Shown here: positions 43,930-54,248 of the stretch, in pieces | Numbering within the stretch: the stretch's first letter is position 1 | How the letters are laid out: each line of letters starts with the position of its first letter | Assembly: GCA_003161635.1 (NCBI GenBank) | Contig: PMOA01000050.1 | Span: 3,091 to 67,090 of the forward strand | DNA: 64,000 nt | Direction of reading: 5' to 3' | From: Limisphaerales bacterium | GTDB lineage: Bacteria > Verrucomicrobiota > Verrucomicrobiia > Limisphaerales > UBA11358 | Made by a program: the position numbers and the translations under genes | Notes under the pieces: generated by a model | Seen by the model: the letters and a program-made list of their open reading frames with translations, nothing else | The model's database searches: none | What the model was told of the DNA's origin: nothing

Positions 43930-44877
43930 CTAGAAATGACGCCAATAGCCGAGGGACTCTAGAATAAGCCGACGAGCAAGATGTTGAACATTTACAACAT
44001 CATATGGTGACAACCCTCTTGTTAAATGTTTAACACTATGAGAGGCAACGCAATCTCGAAGCCAGTCTGCATATGCGATGGCATCACTTATGTGTAACTC
44101 CGAGTCTCGAACGGTCCATGCAGACCATGTCGCTTTGCCTTTCGCCGGCACAGGCCTTTTCTTTTCTATTCTTCGTTTAGGACCACGCATAGTCCATAGG
44201 ATTGTTTCACTAAGATTAACACCTGCATTTTGAAGCCGGGATTCCAATTCTTGTTTTACAATAGGATTCCATTGACCATTAATCCGACTTGGTCGTTGTG
44301 ATGATGCTCGAATCTCCAGTCCGAGTTCCTCAATTGCTGAGTAGGCCGAGATAATTGCGTGGGAAAAAGTGATATGGTCTCTAGGAAACTGAGAAATGGG
44401 GAGATTGGGTGATCTGAACGGCTCAAGGTCAGCGCCATGAATAGCAAAGAGGGATGTGCTAAATCGGTATTTAGCAATAGCGTAGATCCATTTGCGCCGC
44501 CGTGTAGCTTTTTTAGCAATAGAACAAGCGCGGGGAAATCCTGTTATGCAATAGTTTCCCTCCGAAAGGGCTTGGCGTTCGTCTTGATTCATCCAACTAG
44601 GTTCAGTCTTGTTGTGAGCGACTAAATGCATCGGGAAGATTGGAGGATTTCCCAGTAGTACTTCGTGACACCCCTCGATCAAATCTAGAGTGCGTTGAGC
44701 CGAATACCAATTCTTTGCGTAAACGACTACTTCCCGTCCATCATGGACCGAAGAGGGTTTTTCCCTCTGATACTCAAACTTAACCTTCCAACCAGATCCT
44801 ATTAACGAATGCGAAACTCCATCACCCTCATCTCCAATTGTGATCAATCCCGTCCAAAAACGTTCTTGCTTTGCCAT
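43930..44877 (-). CDS. hypothetical protein (315 aa) with C-terminal Rx5H (HEPN-like) motif
   Basis: Uninterrupted ATG ORF that starts 8 nt after the argG stop. It has the lowest GC of the window by eye. The C-terminal helix is ISDAIAYADWLRDCVASHSVKH. No family recognised. Confidence 0.8.
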   Translation of the reverse strand: MAKQERFWTGLITIGDEGDGVSHSLIGSGWKVKFEYQREKPSSVHDGREVVVYAKNWYSAQRTLDLIEGCHEVLLGNPPIFPMHLVAHNKTEPSWMNQDERQALSEGNYCITGFPRACSIAKKATRRRKWIYAIAKYRFSTSLFAIHGADLEPFRSPNLPISQFPRDHITFSHAIISAYSAIEELGLEIRASSQRPSRINGQWNPIVKQELESRLQNAGVNLSETILWTMRGPKRRIEKKRPVPAKGKATWSAWTVRDSELHISDAIAYADWLRDCVASHSVKHLTRGLSPYDVVNVQHLARRLILESLGYWRHF

Positions 44878-44885
44878 CGTTTAAC

Positions 44886-46112
44886 TTATTTCTTCTTCTG
44901 CACCTTCGCCGCGACTTTCAGGCGCAGGGCGTTTAACCGGATGAAGCCAGTCGCGTCGTCCTGGTTGTAAGCCTTTGTAGGATCGGCTTCCATCGTGGCA
45001 ATGTGCGGATTGTAGAGGCTCACCGGACTCTTGCGGCCGGCGACCATGATGTTGCCTTTGTACAGTTTCACGCGCACGGTGCCGGTCACGTTCTTCTGGC
45101 TCTCGGTCACGAGCGCCTGCAACGCATACCGTTCCGGCGCGAACCAGTAACCGTAATAAACCAGCTCCGCGTAACGCGGAATCAGCGAGTCCCGCAGGTG
45201 CATGACCTCCCGGTCCATGGTGAGGCTTTCCATCTGCCGATGCGCAAAGTGCAGGATGGCGCCGCCGGGCGTTTCATACACGCCCCGCGATTTCATGCCC
45301 ACGTACCGGTTCTCCACCATGTCCACCCGCCCGACACCGTGTTTGCCGCCGATTTTATTCAGCGTCTTCATCACGCCGAGCGGGGAAAGGGTCTTTCCAT
45401 TCACTGCAACGGCGTTGCCTTTCTTGAAGTCAATCGTCACGAATTCCGGTTTGTTCGGCGCGTCTTCGGGAAACACCGATAGCGTGGTGAACGAGCCGCG
45501 AAACTTTTTGTCGCTCGCATCCATCCACGGGTCTTCGAGAATGCCCGCCTCGTAGGAAATGTGCAGCAGGTTCCGGTCGCTCGAGAACGGTTTCCTGGCG
45601 CTGGCCTGGACGGGAATCCTGTGCCGGGCGCAGTAATCAATCATCTCCTGCCGGCCGGGAAAGTCGGTGCGAAATGAAGCGTCCCGCCACGGGACGATGA
45701 CCTGCAAGTCCGGCGCGAGCGCGGCGGCGGTGAGTTCAAACCGCACCTGGTCGTTGCCTTTGCCGGTGGCGCCGTGCGCGATGGCGTCGGCCTTTTCCTT
45801 TTTGGCGATTTCCACCATGCGTTTGGCGATGAGCGGCCGGGCGATGCTGGTGCCGAGGAAATACTGGCCCTCATAGACCGCGCCGGCCTGGATGATGGGG
45901 TAGATGAAATCGCGGGCGAACTCCTCCTGCAAATCGTCAATGTAGATTTTGGACGCGCCGGTTTTCTTCGCCTTGGCTTCGAGGCCGCGGAGTTCCTCCT
46001 CCTGGCCGATGTTGGCGCAGAAGGCGATCATCTCGGCGTCGTAGGTTTCCTTGATCCACGAAAGCAGCACCGACGTGTCGAGGCCGCCCGAGTAAGCTAA
46101 AACAATTTTCAT
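44886..46112 (-). CDS. argG: argininosuccinate synthase
   Basis: [26 protein letters not shown], and the SxD.NLLHISYE region. 408 aa. Confidence 0.97.
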   Translation of the reverse strand: MKIVLAYSGGLDTSVLLSWIKETYDAEMIAFCANIGQEEELRGLEAKAKKTGASKIYIDDLQEEFARDFIYPIIQAGAVYEGQYFLGTSIARPLIAKRMVEIAKKEKADAIAHGATGKGNDQVRFELTAAALAPDLQVIVPWRDASFRTDFPGRQEMIDYCARHRIPVQASARKPFSSDRNLLHISYEAGILEDPWMDASDKKFRGSFTTLSVFPEDAPNKPEFVTIDFKKGNAVAVNGKTLSPLGVMKTLNKIGGKHGVGRVDMVENRYVGMKSRGVYETPGGAILHFAHRQMESLTMDREVMHLRDSLIPRYAELVYYGYWFAPERYALQALVTESQKNVTGTVRVKLYKGNIMVAGRKSPVSLYNPHIATMEADPTKAYNQDDATGFIRLNALRLKVAAKVQKKK

Positions 46113-46204
46113 GTCCCCACATTAAACCGCCAAGCCGCCAGGAACGCAAAGGGGAAATGCAAGGTGTTGGAAACCGCGAAACACACGAACCACGCGAAAG
46201 TCGC

Positions 46205-46309
46205 GGAGCGCCGATCCCTGCCGCGCCGAAGCTTCTGAGCGAAGGCTGGTCCGAATCGGCGGGTTTCGATTCGTTGCCACCATCACGCCGAATCGGAGTT
46301 CGGCGCTCC
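46205..46309. repeat. inverted-repeat element upstream of argG
   Basis: The terminal arms GGAGCGCCGA / TCGGCGCTCC enclose internal CCGAATCGG repeats. Confidence 0.55.
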
Positions 46310-46332
46310 AATCCGGCGAAAAGGAGAATGAA

Positions 46333-47031
46333 TCATTCCCAGCCGTGCAGGGAATCGTAACGGAAGGTCATTTCGCCGGCATCGTAACCTTTGTACCATT
46401 TTGAATGGCCGTCGGCGAAGAGAACGTTCTGGCCCCGGGAATGAATCTGCCAGAGTTCAAAAGGAGAGCCATTGGTCGGGCCGCCGACACAGTTCTGCGT
46501 GTAATCGTCCTTGTCTGCGTCCAACGGGACAAACGTTCCGCCGCCGGTCAAACCGGGTATGCCGCCGGTATCGCCGCCCAAAACATAAGTCGCGGGCAGA
46601 ATGATGGCCGTGCCTTTGACCGGAGCAAAATTGGTGACCGCCACATAGGCCGCGCGGTCGCCGTTGAAATAGTTGAAAGGCCCCTGTTCCGCCGCCGGCA
46701 ATTGCACATTTCCGGGACAATTGTAGGCGTTCGTGCTGCCGACATAGGAAAAAATTTGCTCCATCCAACTGGCTTTCCCGGTCGTGGGATCTGTCGCGCC
46801 CCAATAAATTTTGTCGCCGGATTCGGGATAAAGCTCATTGTTATCATCCGCAAACATCCTCATGCCCAGGCCGATCTGGTGCAGGTTGGAGTTACAACTG
46901 GTGGTCCAAGCCCTCTGTTTGGCCGTGCTGAGCGCGGGCAACAGCAAGGCGGCCAGAATGGCGATGATGGCGATGACGACCAGCAGTTCGATCAAGGTGA
47001 ATCCGGCGCGACGGGATTTATTTTGTCGCAT
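46333..47031 (-). CDS. prepilin-type N-terminal cleavage/methylation domain protein with H-X9-DG C-terminus (paralogue 1)
   Basis: From ATG 47031: [32 protein letters not shown], and C-terminal [12 protein letters not shown]. Confidence 0.85.
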   Translation of the reverse strand: MRQNKSRRAGFTLIELLVVIAIIAILAALLLPALSTAKQRAWTTSCNSNLHQIGLGMRMFADDNNELYPESGDKIYWGATDPTTGKASWMEQIFSYVGSTNAYNCPGNVQLPAAEQGPFNYFNGDRAAYVAVTNFAPVKGTAIILPATYVLGGDTGGIPGLTGGGTFVPLDADKDDYTQNCVGGPTNGSPFELWQIHSRGQNVLFADGHSKWYKGYDAGEMTFRYDSLHGWE

Positions 47032-48317
47032 AAAAATTTTCCGGTGGTGAATGATCGGGATGCTGAATCGCTTGAAGACTGATTGGCTGCGCGGCCAGCA
47101 TGATTTTCCTTTACGGTGGCGGCGGGGTCGGCATGGTGCCGGTGCAGTCTGCCGAAGTCCGTTCCCGCATCCATAGCCAGTCCTGGTAGTCCGCCAAACT
47201 ATCAACTGCAACTCCATTGCTGCCTTTTTCACTGCGGCTCACCCACCGGTGGGTTTCGGAATGTCCGTCTGCAAAGGCAAAGCCACAACCTCCGTTGTGG
47301 TAGGTCCCGGGCGCGTCAAACCATTGGGGGGATTCCATGCCAAAGGCAAAAGCCGCGTCATTGAGGCCTCGGGCATCCTCGTCCAGCAACACCCAGAGCC
47401 CGGAAGGTCCCGGGGCATGAATATCGGTTGCCTTGCCAAACGTGTGCCAGGGCGAATCCCGGTGATGCGTGAACTGGTTGTTCAGCCACGGGCCGTTGAC
47501 CGACAGGTTCGGAATCCCGGTGTGGATGGTTCCCACCCCCGGGCCGTTGGCATCATAACCGGGGTCAATGGTGCCCACCGCTTGACTCATCGAAAATGTC
47601 CTGGCCGCAGGGACGAGCTGGCCGATGAAAGCCGGATTGCTTCCCTGATACAGGCCCATGCGCTGGTCCGCCGGGCAGCGGAATATATTCACATTCCCGC
47701 CCAGATAACTGATGAGCAACGAACGGGTCGGGTCCCTGAGCACATCGGGGTCGAATTCCTGCGGACCGCCAATGCCCGCCGAGCCGGGGCACCAATTGTA
47801 ACCGACATTGGTATTGCCATCGTCGGGATTCGGAGGGAAAAACTCATTGTTCTCGCTCGTGTAAAGGAGCATCGCCGTCATCATCTGCTTGCCTTGGTTC
47901 AGGCAGGCAGCGCCTTGCGCCCGGCCTTTGGCCTTGCCCAGCACGGGCAACAACAGCGCCGCCAGGATGGCGATGATGGCAATCACCACCAGCAATTCGA
48001 TCAATGTAAATCCGGCGCGACGGGATTTATTTTGTCGCATAAAAATTTTCCGGTGGTGAATGATCGGGATGCTGAATCGCTTGAAGACTGATTGGATGCG
48101 CGGCCAGCATGATTTTCAGTTACGGTGGCGGCGGGGTCGGCATGGTGCCAGTGCAGTCTGCCGAAGTCCGTTCCCGCATCCATAGCCAGTCCTGGTAGTC
48201 CGCCAAACTATCAACTGCAACTCCATTGCTGCCCTTTTCACTGCGGCTCACCCACCGGTGGGTTTCGGAATGTCCGTCGGCAAAGGCAAAGCCACAACCT
48301 CCGTTGTGAGCTGTGCC
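46985..48317. repeat. tandem segmental duplication, period 1009 bp (two near-identical ~325-bp junction blocks: 46985-47308 and 47994-48317)
   Basis: I counted about 9 mismatches across the ~325-bp blocks. Each block covers the first ~15 codons of one prepilin-like gene, the 79-bp spacer and the last ~65 codons of the next. Confidence 0.9.
47111..48040 (-). CDS. prepilin-type N-terminal domain / H-X9-DG protein (paralogue 2)
   Basis: [32 protein letters not shown], and [13 protein letters not shown] near the C-terminus. Confidence 0.9.
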   Translation of the reverse strand: MRQNKSRRAGFTLIELLVVIAIIAILAALLLPVLGKAKGRAQGAACLNQGKQMMTAMLLYTSENNEFFPPNPDDGNTNVGYNWCPGSAGIGGPQEFDPDVLRDPTRSLLISYLGGNVNIFRCPADQRMGLYQGSNPAFIGQLVPAARTFSMSQAVGTIDPGYDANGPGVGTIHTGIPNLSVNGPWLNNQFTHHRDSPWHTFGKATDIHAPGPSGLWVLLDEDARGLNDAAFAFGMESPQWFDAPGTYHNGGCGFAFADGHSETHRWVSRSEKGSNGVAVDSLADYQDWLWMRERTSADCTGTMPTPPPP

Positions 48318-49088
48318 GGGAGCGTCATACCATATCGGTTGCTCCATTCCAAAACATAAAGCTGCGTCATTGAGGCTTTGGACGTCTTCGTCCACCAGCA
48401 CCCAGAGCAGGGATGGTCCGGGAGCGCCGGTGTCGGTGGCTTTGCCGAAGGTGCGCCACGGCGAGTTCCGACGATGAGTGTACTGGTTGTTCAGCCACGA
48501 GCCGTTGACCGACAGGTTCGGAATCCCGCTGTGGATGGTTCCCACCCCCGGGCCGTCGGCATCATAACCGGGGTCAATGGTGCCCACCGCATTATTCATC
48601 GAAAAAGTTCTTGCGGCGGGGACAATCTGGCCGGATAAAGCCGGATTGTTTCCCTGATACGGGCCCATACGAGTATCCGCCGGACATTTGAATATGGAGA
48701 TATTTCCGCCAAGATAACCTATCAACAACGAATGCGTCGGCTCTTTGAGCAGGTCAGGATTGAATTCGTCCGCGCCACCGATTCCCGCCAGCCCGGCGCA
48801 CCAATTGTAGCCGGGATCAGTAGTGCCGCCGTCGGGGTTGGGCGGGAAAAATTCGTTGTTCTCACTCGTGTAAAGGAGCATGGCGCTCATCATTTGTTTG
48901 CCATTGTTGAGGCAGGCGATGCCCTGCGCCCTTCCCTTGGCTTTGGACAAGACCGGCAGCAGCATGGCGGCCAGGATCGCAATGATGGCAATGACCACCA
49001 GCAGTTCAATGAGGGTGAAGGCACGCCGCCTTGGTGCCCGGTCAACGGACACCCGAGCATTCAAACGGTCTGTTTCGTTCATTGTCAT
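48120..49088 (-). CDS. prepilin-type N-terminal domain / H-X9-DG protein (paralogue 3)
   Basis: From ATG 49088 (or 49082): ...[26 protein letters not shown]. The C-terminal 50 aa are identical to paralogue 2. Confidence 0.85.
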   Translation of the reverse strand: MTMNETDRLNARVSVDRAPRRRAFTLIELLVVIAIIAILAAMLLPVLSKAKGRAQGIACLNNGKQMMSAMLLYTSENNEFFPPNPDGGTTDPGYNWCAGLAGIGGADEFNPDLLKEPTHSLLIGYLGGNISIFKCPADTRMGPYQGNNPALSGQIVPAARTFSMNNAVGTIDPGYDADGPGVGTIHSGIPNLSVNGSWLNNQYTHRRNSPWRTFGKATDTGAPGPSLLWVLVDEDVQSLNDAALCFGMEQPIWYDAPGTAHNGGCGFAFADGHSETHRWVSRSEKGSNGVAVDSLADYQDWLWMRERTSADCTGTMPTPPPP

Positions 49089-49098
49089 TTGTTTGATG

Positions 49099-49890
49099 TC
49101 AACGGGCCTTTTCCACGACCAGCATCTGCACGGACTCGTTGCCGGGCTCCAGTTTAAGCCCCAGGTCGTCAAGAATTTTTTCCGTGGATTTTTGATCCGG
49201 CCCGCCGGGTCCGCGCCAGCCCATTTCGACTGAAAAATCGTAAAAGTTTGTCAGTCCCGTCCGATCCAGCACCGGCTGCTTGAGGGTGTATTCCATGAAT
49301 CCCATGACCGATTCAAGCCGCGTGTGGGTGAATTTGTATTTCCCATTTTTGAAGGAAACATTTCCGTTCCCCGCAGTACTCACTTTGAGGCCGGGCGGAT
49401 CCGGCGTCCGGGTTTCGAGCAGGAGCACGTCGGTATCGCGCGTTTCCCAATGCGCGGCATAGCCGATTTTTTTCCGGATGGCCGCCTTGAAGCGTTCTTG
49501 GGATGGATCCGGCACGGTGACCAAAAAATCAAAATTGCCCTTCGGTTTGGTCGGCGGCGGAACAATTCGCGACGGGTTGCATTGATAGGCCATCGCAATG
49601 ACCCGTTCCAACGGCACGTTGCGACCCATCTGCCGCACGACGTATTGTCCGGATGGGGAGCGGGTGGACGACGAAAAACTTGTGCCGTTCGCAGGAAAGG
49701 AGAAATGCGTCGGTCGAACCACCAGCAGATTGCCCGGCACTTCCTGAAATCGCCGGTAATCCGACTTGAAATATTCGTCCTTGATGGAGGGGAAATAGCG
49801 CCATTTGACGGCCACTGCCAATGCGATCACCGCCAAAACGACCACGCCAGCCACCACGGTCTTCGTTTTTGTCCACGCCATAATTTTCAA
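49099..49890 (-). CDS. TIGR03435 / DUF3738 family protein
   Basis: N-terminal TM anchor. The family pattern includes [43 protein letters not shown] and [20 protein letters not shown]. Confidence 0.85.
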   Translation of the reverse strand: MKIMAWTKTKTVVAGVVVLAVIALAVAVKWRYFPSIKDEYFKSDYRRFQEVPGNLLVVRPTHFSFPANGTSFSSSTRSPSGQYVVRQMGRNVPLERVIAMAYQCNPSRIVPPPTKPKGNFDFLVTVPDPSQERFKAAIRKKIGYAAHWETRDTDVLLLETRTPDPPGLKVSTAGNGNVSFKNGKYKFTHTRLESVMGFMEYTLKQPVLDRTGLTNFYDFSVEMGWRGPGGPDQKSTEKILDDLGLKLEPGNESVQMLVVEKAR

Positions 49891-50131
49891 GGCTCCCGGA
49901 AACGAGCAGCTAATGGGTCAGTTGTCTGTTAAATGACGCGCTTATGAATACAATTTGTCCGGCACAAATATGGTTTATTGGCCTGGCAATCCGACCAAGG
50001 TGACGGCGCGCCGGGTTCACTCTCTTATAGACACCGTCGTTGAAGATTCGTTTCACGGTTTTTATCAGCCAATGCCCGTCAATCCCCCGGATTTCAAATC
50101 CCATTCAGCGTTTATCAGCGAAGACCAGCGG

Positions 50132-51121
50132 TTAATCTTTCTTTCGCCGTGCCGCGATGCCGAGCGGCTCGATGTGCACGAGCACGTCGCTGACGGCAGG
50201 GATGGCGTCGCGGATTTTGTCCTTCACGTCGTGGGCGATTTTATGCGAGCGCAGGACGGTCATCTGCGGGTCCACTTCCACGTGCATGTCCACGAAATAT
50301 TGATAGCCCACCTTGCGGACGATGCATTTTTCCACGCTGTCCACGCCGGGCGTGGCGGTCGCAACCTGTCGAATCTGGTCAATCACCTCCGGACCGGGCG
50401 CAGTATCCATGAGTTCGTTGAGCGCCGGACGGAGCAGATGCCAGCCGTTCCAGGCAATGACCCCCGCCGCCGCAATCGCCGCCACGTCGTCGGCGGCTTC
50501 AAAACCCTTGCCGCCGATGAGCGACACGCTGATGCCGATGCCGGCGGCCACGGACGTGATGGCGTCGCTGCGATGATGCCAGGCGTCGGTTTTGACGGCC
50601 GAGCTGTCCACCGCTTTGCCCTCGCGCGAAACAAACCGGAACAAAATTTCTTTTACCACCACGACCAGCAACAATACGATGAGTGTGAACGGCGCCGGTG
50701 ACAGGTGCGGTTCCATGATTTCGCCAAACGCCGTGAGCACGATCCACAGGGCCGCCCCCAACAACATGGCGGCAACAATGGCGGAGGCAATCGGTTCGGC
50801 CTTGCCGTGACCGTAAGGATGGTCCTCGTCCGCCGGCGCCGCGGCCACGACCAGTCCGCGCCACACGATGAGCGAACTGAAAATGTCGGCGAAGGATTCG
50901 ACGGCGTCCGCGACAAGCGCGTGCGAATGGCCGACAATGCCCGCGGCGAGTTTCGTGCCCGACAACACGACGTTGACGGCCATGCCCGCAAAGGTGGCGC
51001 GCAAGCCACGTTGGAGACGGTTCAATGGCACGGGCGGATTTAAGCACGGACCGGGCCGGTTCGCCAAGCTCGGAGCAATGGGGCAAAACGTGCTGCCAGC
51101 AAGATGCCGGCAGCACGTCAA
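50132..51121 (-). CDS. cation diffusion facilitator (CDF) family transporter
   Basis: SHALVADAVESFADIFSS and DEDHPYGHGKAEP motifs, 6 TM helices and a C-terminal cytoplasmic domain. The start is uncertain (TTG 51121 overlaps the upstream stop). ATG 50983 would truncate TM1. Confidence 0.85.
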   Translation of the reverse strand: MTCCRHLAGSTFCPIAPSLANRPGPCLNPPVPLNRLQRGLRATFAGMAVNVVLSGTKLAAGIVGHSHALVADAVESFADIFSSLIVWRGLVVAAAPADEDHPYGHGKAEPIASAIVAAMLLGAALWIVLTAFGEIMEPHLSPAPFTLIVLLLVVVVKEILFRFVSREGKAVDSSAVKTDAWHHRSDAITSVAAGIGISVSLIGGKGFEAADDVAAIAAAGVIAWNGWHLLRPALNELMDTAPGPEVIDQIRQVATATPGVDSVEKCIVRKVGYQYFVDMHVEVDPQMTVLRSHKIAHDVKDKIRDAIPAVSDVLVHIEPLGIAARRKKD

Positions 51122-52329
51122 ACCATGTGGCAGAACATCGCGTCGCGGAGCTTCGGCTCGAACCAGGTGCTCTTGGGCGGCATGATGCCGCCGGCGTCCG
51201 CAATGGCCATCAGGTCCTCAATGCTCGTCGGGAACATCGAGAACGCACAGGCGTATTCGCCGCTGTTCACCAGCTTTTCCAGTTCCGCCGTGCCGCGAAT
51301 GCCGCCGACGAAGTTGATGCGCTGGCTCGTGCGCGGGTCGTCAATGCCGAAAATCGGCGCGAGAATATTTTTTTGCAACAGCGTCACGTCCAGATTTTCA
51401 ATCGCGTCTTTCGGTAATACTTTCGGCTGTAACGAAAGTGTTTGCCACTTACCTTGAAAATAAAATCCGAGTTCGTATTTCCGTTTTGGCGTCGCGTTTC
51501 CGTTTTTTGAAATCACAAAAAGAGTTTCCAGTTTTTTCAGGAATTGCTCCGGTGTCCAGTTGTTCAAATCTTTCAGCACGCGGTTGTAGGGCAGGATTTG
51601 CATCTGGTCGTGCGGAAAAATCACGGCGAGAAATTGTCCGCTGTGGCCCGCGCCCTGGCGCGATCGAAAAACCCGCGCCGCCGCCGCGTTGCGATGATGG
51701 CCATCGGCAATGTAGAGAAACGGGATGGTTGAGAATTGCGTCTCGATGAATTTGATCCCGTCCTCATCGGCGATCACCCAGGCCGTGTGCCGCACGCCAT
51801 CCCTGGCAGTGAAATCCACGTCCGGTTTTTGGGAAATTTTCTTCGCGACAAATTTGTCGAGTTCAGCGTTGGCGCGGTAGGTCAAAAAAACCGGGCCGGT
51901 TTGCGAGTTCAGGGCTTCGATGTGCCGGACACGGTCGTTTTCCTTGTCCGGTCGCGTCAGCTCGTGCTTTTTGATGACCCCGCGCAAGTATTCCTCGCAA
52001 CTCGCCGCGGCGACGAGGCCAACTTGCGAATGTTTGCCCATGATCTGCCGGTAAAGATAAAAGCACGGTTGCGAATCCTGCTTCAGCGCGCCGTCACGGA
52101 TGAGCTTTTGAAAATTTTCCCTGCCCTTCGCGTAGACTTCCGGCGCATAAACGTCGGTTGCTGGCGGCAAATCAATTTCCGGTTTGCTGACGTGCAAAAA
52201 ACTGAGCGGATTGCCGGCGGCGATTTCACGCGCTTCGTCCGACGACATCACGTCGTAGGGCAATTCGCAAATGCGCGCGGCCAGTTCAGGCTTGGGGCGC
52301 AGCGCGGCGAAAGGTTTGATCGCTGCCAT
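51118..52329 (-). CDS. DUF1015 family protein
   Basis: From ATG 52329: MAAIKPFAALRPKPELAARICELPYDVMSSDEAR... and HELTRPDKENDRVRHIEA, characteristic of DUF1015. Confidence 0.85.
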   Translation of the reverse strand: MAAIKPFAALRPKPELAARICELPYDVMSSDEAREIAAGNPLSFLHVSKPEIDLPPATDVYAPEVYAKGRENFQKLIRDGALKQDSQPCFYLYRQIMGKHSQVGLVAAASCEEYLRGVIKKHELTRPDKENDRVRHIEALNSQTGPVFLTYRANAELDKFVAKKISQKPDVDFTARDGVRHTAWVIADEDGIKFIETQFSTIPFLYIADGHHRNAAAARVFRSRQGAGHSGQFLAVIFPHDQMQILPYNRVLKDLNNWTPEQFLKKLETLFVISKNGNATPKRKYELGFYFQGKWQTLSLQPKVLPKDAIENLDVTLLQKNILAPIFGIDDPRTSQRINFVGGIRGTAELEKLVNSGEYACAFSMFPTSIEDLMAIADAGGIMPPKSTWFEPKLRDAMFCHMV

Positions 52330-52438
52330 AAAGCAGCGCGAAGATACGGAGGCCGTCACGCCGGCGCACGCATAAATTGAGCAACCGGCATGGAGCGTTC
52401 GTTCAATGCGGATTGAACGGGTTGCCGGCCGCTCTTTT

Positions 52439-54031
52439 TCATTGGGAAGGCTTGGCGTTCCAAATGGCCATGGTGTCCGGCGAACCCTGGCTGCGGACAC
52501 CGTTGTCCGTCAGGATTTCGTCCGTGACAGCGGGCATTTCAGCGCGCGGAAATACCATCGTCTCACCAGCGCGATTGTTGAACTCGACGATGATGAACTG
52601 GCTCTTTGCGTCGCGCAGGACTTCCACCAGGTGGCCAAGATTTTTGATGGGAATGCCGTTGACGGTTTTGACCACCTGGCAAAACGGGTCTGAATAACCC
52701 TTGGCCAGTCGGTGCGGGAAAAACGGGGACGGAACCACCGCGAGTTCCTCCCCGGCAAAGGCCGGTTTGTCACCGATGCGCTTCACCAGCGGGCTGCCCA
52801 TGGCGCTCAACCAGTTGATCCAGCGGGGAGCGCGCGTGCCGCGCAGCAAACCACTGACAAATTGTTCCGTGGCGGTGGAAAACACCAGCGGCCCGTACAC
52901 GAAATAAGATGGGTAAGCACCTGCCAAATCAGGCATGACCATCGGATGCTTCGGAGACACCGGAAGTTCAACCTGAGTCTCTTTCCCGGCGCGCACCACA
53001 GTCAATGGAACTTTCCCGTTCTGCGCGATTTTCTGAACCAAATACTGGAAGCGGACACGCAGGTTGGCGCCCAGCTTGATCATGCCCTGGTCGTCCACCG
53101 GCGTGTCCCCGATTTTGGTGATGACATCCCATTCCTTCAACGGGTACGCCGGGTCGGTGCTGTCGGGCTTGTGCACCACCATCCCTTCGACTGACTTGTC
53201 GAGCTTGAGAAACGAGCGCAGCGCCGGGTTTTCCAGCGTTTGCAGGTCGTCGAACATGGCCGGCTTCCCGTCGTAATGGCCGTCCGCGATGTCCTGAAGA
53301 AACAGCTCGATTTCCTCGTTGGGAATGATGTAGCCGATGTTGTCCGCGGAACCAAGACGGCTGAACGCGAGGCCGATCATTTTGTCGCCCACCACGGCGG
53401 GTCCGCCGCTGTTGCCGGGATTGATGGCCGCGTCAATCTGGATGCGCAGGCCGGAAACGGGATAATTGTAGGATTCAAACTCGATGCGGGAAACGATGCC
53501 CTTGGTGATCGAAAGACTGGTGCCACCCTCGGGATAGCCATACGCCATGACCATGTCCCTGATTTCGGGAAGAACTTTCGCGCGTGACAGGGGTAGATGC
53601 GAATCGAAGAATGTTTCGTCATCCGGTTTGAGCACAGCGAGGTCAATGCCCGGTGCGATGGCTTCGACCTTCGCGGAAATTTTATCACCCGCTTGATTGG
53701 CCTGTATCTGTACCTGGCTGGCGTAAAGGACCACATGAGCACAGGTGAGAATCCGTTTGCCTTCGATGACCACGCCGCTGCCTGTCGCTTCACTCGGAGC
53801 ATCCTTGGTCCAGGGTTTGTACAGATCGGGGTAGCGCACCGTGGAAAACACTTTCACAACCGAGTTCGCCACGGCGTCAGCCTTGGTCTCGATCGGCGCG
53901 TTGGTTGTCGCATCGGTTTTGGCGGCATCGGAATCCGCCGCCGCGGCGCGAACCGCGATGAAGGGCAGCGCGAGACCAGCGACTAAAAACAGTGTTTTGA
54001 GCGGGTTACGGCCAGGCAAGTTGAAATTCAT
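52439..54031 (-). CDS. secreted trypsin-like serine protease with PDZ-like C-terminal region (HtrA/Deg-like)
   Basis: Signal peptide from ATG 54031. Catalytic triad context: LTCAHVV (His), IDLAVLK (Asp), NPGNSGGPAV (Ser). Confidence 0.85.
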   Translation of the reverse strand: MNFNLPGRNPLKTLFLVAGLALPFIAVRAAAADSDAAKTDATTNAPIETKADAVANSVVKVFSTVRYPDLYKPWTKDAPSEATGSGVVIEGKRILTCAHVVLYASQVQIQANQAGDKISAKVEAIAPGIDLAVLKPDDETFFDSHLPLSRAKVLPEIRDMVMAYGYPEGGTSLSITKGIVSRIEFESYNYPVSGLRIQIDAAINPGNSGGPAVVGDKMIGLAFSRLGSADNIGYIIPNEEIELFLQDIADGHYDGKPAMFDDLQTLENPALRSFLKLDKSVEGMVVHKPDSTDPAYPLKEWDVITKIGDTPVDDQGMIKLGANLRVRFQYLVQKIAQNGKVPLTVVRAGKETQVELPVSPKHPMVMPDLAGAYPSYFVYGPLVFSTATEQFVSGLLRGTRAPRWINWLSAMGSPLVKRIGDKPAFAGEELAVVPSPFFPHRLAKGYSDPFCQVVKTVNGIPIKNLGHLVEVLRDAKSQFIIVEFNNRAGETMVFPRAEMPAVTDEILTDNGVRSQGSPDTMAIWNAKPSQ

Positions 54032-54248
54032 TTGATTCAAAGACAACGGCAATCAAGCGGGAAAGCCAAGCCCATTTTCAAACTTCTGGCGATGAGGCTG
54101 CATTCGGTTGTCCGCATCATGTCAGCCGCCAGTCCCCGTGCAGGTGCCAAATTGCACCTTGGTCATGACCCGAAGCCAAAATCCCCCGGAAATAGTGCCG
54201 GTTCTCTCCTTGTTCATGCGGGTTGTTCTGCTATCCTGAGCGACCTTT

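Noticed and set aside
38258-45075. Classical genomic island or prophage bounded by an integrase
   Set aside because: No integrase, transposase, or phage structural or replication gene is present anywhere in the window. The tract is better described as small nested cargo insertions with duplicated target-gene ends.
49910-50104. 64-aa minus-strand ORF in the spacer between the TIGR03435 gene and the CDF gene
   Set aside because: It is short, has no motif and no obvious ribosome-binding context. It could be a gene relic, but there is no support.
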